From NCBI GenBank assembly GCA_035764655.1, contig DASTYU010000043.1, forward strand, positions 4,489 through 68,488: a DNA stretch of 64,000 bases, given 5' to 3'. This document shows positions 57,716-64,000 of the stretch, one piece after another (the first letter of the stretch is position 1; the number at the start of each line of letters is the position of its first letter). The stretch comes from Candidatus Limnocylindrales bacterium (GTDB lineage: Bacteria > Chloroflexota > Limnocylindria > Limnocylindrales > CSP1-4). Below the pieces are notes generated by a model. It saw nothing but the letters and a program-made list of their open reading frames with translations. It was not told the DNA's origin and did not search any database. Both the position numbers and the translations under genes were made by a program.

Positions 57716-59634
57716 GCGGCCACGCGGTCGGGCTTTGCGTCGACCCAGGCCAGCAGGTCCTCGCGGCTCCTCGTGTTCAGCACGTTCGGGGGCTCCACCC
57801 ACGCCCGGCGGGCCTGGGTCACGCCCCAGCGGATGAAATCGAGCTCGGCCGTCTTGTGCGCATCCGAATCGATCGACAGGATGCAGCCCGCCGCGACGGC
57901 CCGCCGGGCGCGCTCGACCGACAGGTCCAGCCGATGTGGCGAGCCGTTCATCTCGAGCGCGGTCCCGGTCCGCGCCGCCTCCGCGTACACGGTGTCCCAG
58001 TCGAGGTCGAGATCGTCACGCGTCTGGATCATGCGCCCCGAGGGGTGGGCAATGATGTCGACGTGCGGGCTGTGGATCGCGGTCAGCGTCCGCTTCGTCA
58101 ACTCGTCGCGCGGCTGGCGACGGCCGACGTGGAGTGACGCGACGACCACATCGAAGCGGGCCAGCAGCGTGTCGTCGTAGTCGAGCCTGCCGTCGGTCCG
58201 GATCTCGAGCTCGCAGCCGTGCAGCAGCCGGAACCCTTCGGAGGGCGTCTCGGCCGGCGCCGTGCCCTCCCGCTCCTCCTGCTCGAAGCGGGTGTTGAGC
58301 TGGGCGATGATCGAGCGCTGCTCCTCGACGCGGTCGGGGGCGAGGCCGCGGGCGATCGCGAGGGACATCGAGTGGTCGGTCAGGACCTGGTAGGCATACC
58401 CTCGGCGGCGCGCCGCCTCGGCCATGACCTCGATCGAGTGGACGCCGTCGGACCATTCGGAATGGGTGTGGCAGTCGCCGCGCAGGTCGCCCCGCTCGAT
58501 CAGGTGCGGCAGCCTGCCGGCGAGCGCGGCCTCGATCTCACCTTCGTCCTCGCGCAGCTCCGGTTCGATGAACGGCAGATCGAGGAAGGCGTACGCCTCC
58601 GCTTCCGTCGCGAAGGTCCGGAGCTCGGCGGCATCCCCGGTGAGCGGTTCGCCGGTCTCGGGGTCGATCCGCAGGAAGCCTTTCTCGGACAGGCTCCAAC
58701 CCATGTCGCGCGCGCGAGCCCGAAGCTTGACGTTGTGCTCCTTGGAGCCCGTGAAATGGACGAGGTACGTGCCCGCCTCGTCGGGCGGCATCACCATCAG
58801 GTCGATCTGCGGGCCGCGAAGCACGCGCACGGCCGCCTTGTGTCCCCCACGGTTGAGGACCTGGTCCACCACGCCAAGGCCGGTGAACGTGTCGAGGACG
58901 AGTTCGGGCGCTTCGGTCTCGACGAGCAGGTCGAGGTCGCCGATCGTCTCCTTCTTGCGGCGGAACGACCCGGCCTGCTCGACGGAGCGAACGCCGGGCA
59001 GCGCCTCCAGCGCCATGGCGATCCCCTCGATCGTGGCCTCGGCCCGGTTGAGCAGCATCCGCCGCGGGTTTGCCTCGATCCGGGCGATGCCTTCGAGCAC
59101 GAGCTGCTCGGTGCGCTTGGACATGCCGCGCAGGTCGCGCAGCGAGCCGGCCTCGGCGGCTCGCTTGAGGTCCTCGAGGGACTCCACGCCGAGCTGGTCG
59201 TGGAGCTGCTTGACCGTCTTCGGTCCGACGCCGGGGATATGCATGATCTCGACAAGGGTTGGCGGGATCTCGGCCCGCAGCCTGTCGTAGTACGCCATCC
59301 CGCCGGTCGTGGCGACTTCCTTGATCTTGTCGCTGATCGCCGGACCGACCCCCGGGATCTTGGGCGCCTTGCCCTCGCGGAACGCCGCGATCAGGTCGAC
59401 CGGGCTGCGCCCGATCGCATCGGCGGCGCGATGGTAGGCGACCGTCTTGAACCGCAGCTCCCCCTTGACCTCGAGCATGTCGCCGATGTCGTGGAACATC
59501 CGGGCGAGGTCGCCGTTGGTCAGGCGCTCGTCGCCGCGGTCCTCGTCGACGAGCTCGTCGTCCTCGTAGGTCAGCGTGTCGAGGGGTTCGCCGGCGTCAG
59601 CCGCGGCGCCGATCAGCTGTTCTCGTCGTGGCAC
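57712..59634 (-). CDS. DNA polymerase X family protein with C-terminal PHP (3'-5' exonuclease/phosphoesterase) domain
   Basis: Pol-beta-like HhH and palm motifs (GVGPKTVKQL, GSFRRKKETIGDLDLLV); PHP motifs (GDCHTHSEWSDG, LTDHS, HPSGR, DSDAH). The N-terminal 119 codons of the ORF-track entry overlap the upstream gene and are rejected; GTG start. Confidence 0.85.
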   Translation of the reverse strand: MPRREQLIGAAADAGEPLDTLTYEDDELVDEDRGDERLTNGDLARMFHDIGDMLEVKGELRFKTVAYHRAADAIGRSPVDLIAAFREGKAPKIPGVGPAISDKIKEVATTGGMAYYDRLRAEIPPTLVEIMHIPGVGPKTVKQLHDQLGVESLEDLKRAAEAGSLRDLRGMSKRTEQLVLEGIARIEANPRRMLLNRAEATIEGIAMALEALPGVRSVEQAGSFRRKKETIGDLDLLVETEAPELVLDTFTGLGVVDQVLNRGGHKAAVRVLRGPQIDLMVMPPDEAGTYLVHFTGSKEHNVKLRARARDMGWSLSEKGFLRIDPETGEPLTGDAAELRTFATEAEAYAFLDLPFIEPELREDEGEIEAALAGRLPHLIERGDLRGDCHTHSEWSDGVHSIEVMAEAARRRGYAYQVLTDHSMSLAIARGLAPDRVEEQRSIIAQLNTRFEQEEREGTAPAETPSEGFRLLHGCELEIRTDGRLDYDDTLLARFDVVVASLHVGRRQPRDELTKRTLTAIHSPHVDIIAHPSGRMIQTRDDLDLDWDTVYAEAARTGTALEMNGSPHRLDLSVERARRAVAAGCILSIDSDAHKTAELDFIRWGVTQARRAWVEPPNVLNTRSREDLLAWVDAKPDRVAA

Positions 59635-59668
59635 GAGGCGGATGGTAGCCGCCTCCGGCCTGCTCGAC

Positions 59669-61006
59669 CTAGGCGGCCACCACCCGGTCGCGGCCCGCGC
59701 GCTTGGCCCGGTACAGCGCGGCATCCGCCTCGGCCAGCAGTTCGTCGATCGGCTGGTCCGGGACGCTGGCCACCGCAACGCCGACCGATACGCTGACGCC
59801 GGGCACGCCGTGCTCGAGGAGGTCGAGCCCACCGACCGCCCTGCGCACGCGTTCGCCGACCTCGACGGCCACCGACCGGCTCGGGTTGCGCAGCAGCACG
59901 ACGAACTCCTCGCCGCCGTAACGCGCCGGGACGTCGTCGTCGCGGACGGCCGTGACGATCGCGCCACCGACTGCGCGAAGGACCTCGTCACCCACGGCGT
60001 GGCCGAAACGGTCGTTGAGATCCTTGAAGCGGTCGATGTCGATCATCAGCACGCCCACGGCGTCGTCGGCGCGGCGGCGCCGGGCAAGCAGCCCGCAGAA
60101 CTCGTCGAAGTAGCGTCGATTGGGAAGACCGGTGAGCGCGTCGACCGAGGCGCGCTTCTCGGCGGCACGGTGCGAGTACGCACGCGACAAGGCGGTCGAC
60201 GCCTCACGGGCAGCGCCGTCCAGGAGCCGGCGAGCGGTGGCCGGCCATGGATCGGCACCCCGCCGCGACAGCACGATGGCGCCGACCATCGCGCCATCCG
60301 GCACCAGTGGCGCGGCGATCGTGTTGCGGAGGCCATAGGCCCGGCGCACCCGGGTGGCGATCCGGTCGGCGGCCTGCTGCGCCGGATCGCCGGAGCGTGC
60401 AAGGTCCGGGTCGTCCGACCAGTCTTCGTCATGGTCCGCCACGGTCACCGCCGGCTGGCTCGGCGCCCCGGCGCCGGGCGCCCCGACGGCCACCGCCGCC
60501 TCGGCCCGAACCGGGACGGCAACGGCTGCGCGATCGATCCGCTCCTCGAGGTCCGAGATCGGCAGGATGATCGTGGAGTCACGCAGCCCCGGTCGGGAAC
60601 TGACCAGCGTTGCGTCCAGCACGCGTGCGCCGGGACGCCGACGGGCCATGACCACGTGATCGGCGTTGGTGGCCTGCGCCAACTCCTGGACGATCGCGTC
60701 GACGACCGCGTCGGGGGACACCGAGCGCGACAGCCCGGACAGGATCCGGGCGAACGATTCGGCCTCTGACCGCCGCTCCGCCTCGAGCGTCGCGACCGCG
60801 TTGTGATGGACGATCGCGGCCGCACCCGCGGCGACGACCAGAACGAGGACCAGCCAGTCGAGGGGGCTGCCCGCATCGGCGATCAGGCGATAGCCGGCGA
60901 TGAGCCCGAGTGCGACGAAGATTCCGGCGACGGTCCACCACGACCGCACGATCCGTCGATCGTGCTGGTCGGTGGGCCCTGTCGGGGTCGCGATGGGTCT
61001 GCGCAC
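59669..61006 (-). CDS. Membrane-anchored diguanylate cyclase (TM + GAF-like + GGDEF)
   Basis: GGDEF active site RYGGEEF, upstream allosteric site region, N-terminal TM helices. Start shortened from the ORF-track 61420 to a GTG at about 61006 to avoid a 327-bp overlap. Confidence 0.7.
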   Translation of the reverse strand: MRRPIATPTGPTDQHDRRIVRSWWTVAGIFVALGLIAGYRLIADAGSPLDWLVLVLVVAAGAAAIVHHNAVATLEAERRSEAESFARILSGLSRSVSPDAVVDAIVQELAQATNADHVVMARRRPGARVLDATLVSSRPGLRDSTIILPISDLEERIDRAAVAVPVRAEAAVAVGAPGAGAPSQPAVTVADHDEDWSDDPDLARSGDPAQQAADRIATRVRRAYGLRNTIAAPLVPDGAMVGAIVLSRRGADPWPATARRLLDGAAREASTALSRAYSHRAAEKRASVDALTGLPNRRYFDEFCGLLARRRRADDAVGVLMIDIDRFKDLNDRFGHAVGDEVLRAVGGAIVTAVRDDDVPARYGGEEFVVLLRNPSRSVAVEVGERVRRAVGGLDLLEHGVPGVSVSVGVAVASVPDQPIDELLAEADAALYRAKRAGRDRVVAA

Positions 61007-61057
61007 GTTCGGTATGGAGCATGCCGTGCCGGGCCGCGCGCGTCCATGGCCGGCGGC

Positions 61058-61094
61058 GGTACTCCTCGCGCCTGCCGGGTGGTACTTCCGTACT
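61058..61094. promoter_or_regulatory. GTAC-core motif pair (GGTACTCCTC ... GGTACTTCCGTACT) upstream of the membrane diguanylate cyclase gene
   Basis: Read directly. The same GGTACTYCC / GTACTTCCG motif recurs upstream of the second diguanylate cyclase gene (63382..63415). GTAC is otherwise rare in this GC-rich DNA. Confidence 0.35.
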
Positions 61095-63477
61095 AGGCGG
61101 CGGATTCGGCCGCGACCGCGGCGTCGTGACCACCGTCGTGCTTGACCGTGTACAGCGCCTTGTCGGCGGCAGCGATGAGTTCCGTGGGCGTGCGACCGTG
61201 CTGCGGGTACGTCGCGACGCCGATGGATGCGCTGATCGGAACCGGCCCGCGCTGCTCGCCGACGAATGCCCTGGAGCGGAACGCCTCGAGGATCCGCTCG
61301 GCTGCCCGGGCGGCCTCGTCGTGGTCGGTCTCCGGAAGGATGATCGCGAACTCGTCGCCGCCGTAGCGCGCCGGGATGTCCGACCCGCGCAAGGTGGACC
61401 GGATCAGCTCGGCCGTCCACGTGAGCACCCGGTCGCCGAACAGGTGGCCGAACGTGTCGTTGACGAGCTTGAAGTCGTCCAGGTCGAGCATGAGCATGCT
61501 CAGCGGCCTGCGGTTCCGCTGTGCCCGGATGACCTCCTCGCCGAGGCGCTCGTGCACGAACCGGTGGTTGTAGAAGCCGGTCAGCGGGTCATGGTCGGCG
61601 AGGTTGCGGGCGTCCTCGTAGAGCCGCGCGTTCTCCAGCGCCATGGCCGCCTCGTTGGCCATCGTCCGCGCCAGCTGCAGGCGCTGATCGGTGAGTTGGA
61701 CGGGCGTGGTCGCGAATAGCTCGACCAGCCCGATGGACTGGTCCTTCGCGACGAGCGGCAGCATGAGCAGGCCGCGCTTGCCGTCGCGGCGGAGCAGCGC
61801 CACCTCGCCGGGATCCGCCGTCGGATCCTCTGCGTCGATGATCGCGACTTCCTGCCGTTCGAGGACGCGCACCGTCTCGGGATAGCCCGACACCTCGAAG
61901 AACGGTTCGAGCGTCTCGATCGCGGACTCGGGGTAATAGCCGAGCGACACGACGCGACCCCGTGCCCGATCCCAGTAGCTGATCGCGCACTCTTCGAAGC
62001 CCAGCGCGTCGGCGACGTGACGGGCGATGAGGTTCGCGACCTGGCGCGGGTCGAGGCTGCCCGACAGCTGGCTGCTCATGTCGAGCAGCCGGCGGAGCTC
62101 GCCGGCGAGGTCCTGCGATCGGGCGAGCAGTCGCGCCGACTCGAGCGCGGTCGCCGCCTGATCGGCCAGGATCGACAGCAGCCGCTGGTCCTCCGGGCCA
62201 AACTGGCCCAGCCCGAGTTTCGACAGCGTGATCACGCCGACGATCGTCCGGTCGTAGCGCATCGGGACGACGAGCATCGATTCATCGACGTCGTCGGTCC
62301 CGGCGATCGACACGCCGCGCGGGTCGGCGTTCGCGTCGTTCACGAGGAGCGGCTCGCCGTGAAGCGCGACCCAACCCGTGAAACCCTCGCCCATCTTGCA
62401 GCGCAGGAGCTCGAAGTCCACATCGTCATAGGTCCCGACCACGCCCTCGAAGGCGATGGGGACAACGTCACCGAGGGGCTCGACCAGGTACACGCGGGCG
62501 TTGTGGTAATCGATGATGCTGCGGGTCTCCTCGACGATCGCCCGCCCCACCTGTTCGACCGTGTTCTCGCGGTTCATCCGCGCCGAGGCGGCCTGGAGGA
62601 CGGCCAGCTGGGCGGCCCGTGCCTCGGTCTGCTCGAAGAGCTCGGCGTTGACGAGGGCGATGGACGCGTGCGTGGCGACGGTCGTGATGAACGTGATGTC
62701 GCTCTCGCTCCACTCGCGCGGTTCGATGGTGACCGCGGCAAGGGCGCCGATCACGCGGTCGTGGCGGATGAGCGGGGCGATGATGTCGCCGGCGAAGTCG
62801 AGGATCCCCGCGTAGCGCCCGTAGGTGTCCTCGCGGCGCGTCTCGCGAGCGTCGCGCAACGCGACCGGACGGCTCGTCCGCAGGACTTCGCCGAACCAGC
62901 CCTCGTCGCGCCGGAACACGGGGAGGCGCGGGGCGAGCTCGCTGTCGATGCCCGCGTAGGCCCGCACCGGAAGTTGGTCGCCGTCGAGGATGCGGATGGT
63001 GACGTAGTCCGCGCGCAGGGCCGCCCTGGTCTCCTCGACGATCACGCGCAGGAGCTCGCTGCGGTCATGGGTCGAGGCGAGGCGCTCGGCGATGCCGAGC
63101 AGACTCTCGAGGTGACCCGTCGCAGGTGGCTCCTCCGGGGTCTCGGTGTCGGTCCAGGACGCGCTCGTCACCTCGAACGAGGAGGGCCGTGGCCGTTCGA
63201 AGGGCGCCGAGATGTCGGGCTCGGGCGCACCCGGTCCGAACCAACGCTGAAACAGGGGCGGGCGTCCCGTCTGGTGCGCACCCGAGGACGGTCCGCCGGA
63301 TCCCGATTCGTCTGGACGGGTCCGGGGTGAGCTCACGGGCGCATCGTCCCACCGGACCGACCCCACACATGGGGGGTCGTCGGTACTGCCTCGGGGGAGT
63401 ACCTCCGTACTTCCGTCGCGGCGGAAGTTGCGATGACAGGCCAGCCCACAATGCAGTTGACCGGTCATGTACCTCAC
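61093..63477 (-). CDS. Cytoplasmic diguanylate cyclase with three GAF domains (GAF-GAF-GAF-GGDEF); the true start is probably downstream of 63382
   Basis: GGDEF site RYGGDEF. Three GAF units. The first 130 codons are Pro/Ser/Gly-rich and contain the shared GTAC motifs, so an internal GTG (about 63336 or 63357) is likely the real start. Confidence 0.75.
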   Translation of the reverse strand: MRYMTGQLHCGLACHRNFRRDGSTEVLPRGSTDDPPCVGSVRWDDAPVSSPRTRPDESGSGGPSSGAHQTGRPPLFQRWFGPGAPEPDISAPFERPRPSSFEVTSASWTDTETPEEPPATGHLESLLGIAERLASTHDRSELLRVIVEETRAALRADYVTIRILDGDQLPVRAYAGIDSELAPRLPVFRRDEGWFGEVLRTSRPVALRDARETRREDTYGRYAGILDFAGDIIAPLIRHDRVIGALAAVTIEPREWSESDITFITTVATHASIALVNAELFEQTEARAAQLAVLQAASARMNRENTVEQVGRAIVEETRSIIDYHNARVYLVEPLGDVVPIAFEGVVGTYDDVDFELLRCKMGEGFTGWVALHGEPLLVNDANADPRGVSIAGTDDVDESMLVVPMRYDRTIVGVITLSKLGLGQFGPEDQRLLSILADQAATALESARLLARSQDLAGELRRLLDMSSQLSGSLDPRQVANLIARHVADALGFEECAISYWDRARGRVVSLGYYPESAIETLEPFFEVSGYPETVRVLERQEVAIIDAEDPTADPGEVALLRRDGKRGLLMLPLVAKDQSIGLVELFATTPVQLTDQRLQLARTMANEAAMALENARLYEDARNLADHDPLTGFYNHRFVHERLGEEVIRAQRNRRPLSMLMLDLDDFKLVNDTFGHLFGDRVLTWTAELIRSTLRGSDIPARYGGDEFAIILPETDHDEAARAAERILEAFRSRAFVGEQRGPVPISASIGVATYPQHGRTPTELIAAADKALYTVKHDGGHDAAVAAESAA
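63382..63429. promoter_or_regulatory. GTAC-core motif cluster (GGTACTGCC, GAGTACCTCC, GTACTTCCG) plus inverted repeat ACTTCCG-N7-CGGAAGT
   Basis: Read directly; shared with 61058..61094. Confidence 0.35.
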
Positions 63478-63506
63478 CCATTCGTGCTGCCCGCTGGAAC
63501 GAGGCG

Positions 63507-63623
63507 ATTAGCGACCTCGACCCGTCCGCTAATGGCCGACTTCACGCCCTGGCATGAATGGCGGCGCTATGGAACATCTCAGGCGGTCCTTCGCATCCGG
63601 CCTCGTCCTCGTGGCATGAATGG
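63507..63623. promoter_or_regulatory. Upstream regulatory region of the 3xGAF diguanylate cyclase gene: inverted repeat ATTAGCG-N13-CGCTAAT (63507..63533) and a 12-bp direct repeat TGGCATGAATGG x2 (63549..63560 and 63612..63623)
   Basis: Read directly from the 223-bp intergenic region between the rhodanese gene and the diguanylate cyclase gene. Confidence 0.35.
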
Positions 63624-63700
63624 GCACGATTCGCACGGGGCCATGCCGCTCGCCGCCCGCGAGCGTGAGGGCGACGGGATCCTGGGGGCCCTGGCTCGGC

Positions 63701-64000
63701 CTACTCGTCCGCGCCCATCTCCACGTCGTAGCCGGCGGCCTGCCAGGCCGGCACGCCGTCCGCGACCCACGCCACGTTGTCGAACCCGGCCCCATCCAGC
63801 AGCGAGGCAGCCACGGACGAGCGGTAGCCCGACGCGCACATCACGGCGATCGGCTTGTCGCGCGGCAGCGTGGCCAGCTCCTCGGGGAGGCTGCCGGCGG
63901 TCAGGTGGCGCGCGCCCAGCACGTGACCCGCGGCGAACTCGCTGGCCTGGCGGACGTCCAGCACGAAGGGTGCCTCCTCCGGATCACCGCCAAGGGCGCC
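63701..64000 (-). CDS. Rhodanese-domain sulfurtransferase (single domain; N-terminus probably beyond the window edge)
   Basis: Active-site loop MCASGYRSS with the catalytic Cys, LDVRQASEFAAGHVLGARHL. The frame stays open to position 64000. Confidence 0.7.
   Translation of the reverse strand, partial: GALGGDPEEAPFVLDVRQASEFAAGHVLGARHLTAGSLPEELATLPRDKPIAVMCASGYRSSVAASLLDGAGFDNVAWVADGVPAWQAAGYDVEMGADE

Noticed and set aside
1-64000. CRISPR arrays, IS elements, integrases, rRNA
   Set aside because: No short direct-repeat/spacer arrays, no transposase or integrase-like ORFs and no rRNA-like sequence were seen anywhere in the window.

Overview
This is a very GC-rich (about 70%) chromosomal stretch, probably from an Actinomycetota- or Thermoleophilia-like organism, and it is densely coding. 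There are no transposases, integrases, CRISPR arrays, rRNA or convincing tRNA genes. Core and housekeeping genes are the GreA elongation factor, the flavin-dependent thymidylate synthase ThyX, the molybdenum-cofactor enzyme MoaA, acetyl-CoA synthetase, a purine nucleoside phosphorylase, a PolX-family DNA polymerase, a mechanosensitive channel and a five-gene peptide ABC importer. The importer is preceded on the same strand by genes for an N-methyl-tryptophan/sarcosine-type oxidase, a PhzF-like protein and a NUDIX hydrolase. Signalling is unusually prominent: a 1593-residue sensor kinase with six GAF and two PAS domains is followed by an orphan receiver and a NarL-type regulator, a class III adenylate cyclase fused to NB-ARC and TPR domains is flanked by two stand-alone cNMP-binding proteins and a cysteine-rich microprotein, and two diguanylate cyclase genes share GTAC-core upstream motifs. 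The features worth follow-up are these: the GreA reading frame continues in-frame into a GIY-YIG-like N-terminal extension; a 906-bp secreted transglycosylase-like gene has anomalous composition (lower GC, K/Y/W-rich); a peptide-binding protein carries a C-terminal membrane anchor; a 745-bp non-coding gap holds a cluster of DnaA-box-like motifs; an acidic coiled-coil protein is paired with a pseudo-receiver MinD/ParA-like ATPase; and a TPR protein is paired with a 915-residue protein showing a degenerate methyltransferase glycine motif, a Cys4 ribbon and a nuclease-like C-terminus. Start coordinates were derived by counting codons in the ORF track and may be off by a few codons, and one off-by-one inconsistency near 29400 between my reading of the sequence and the ORF track could not be resolved.
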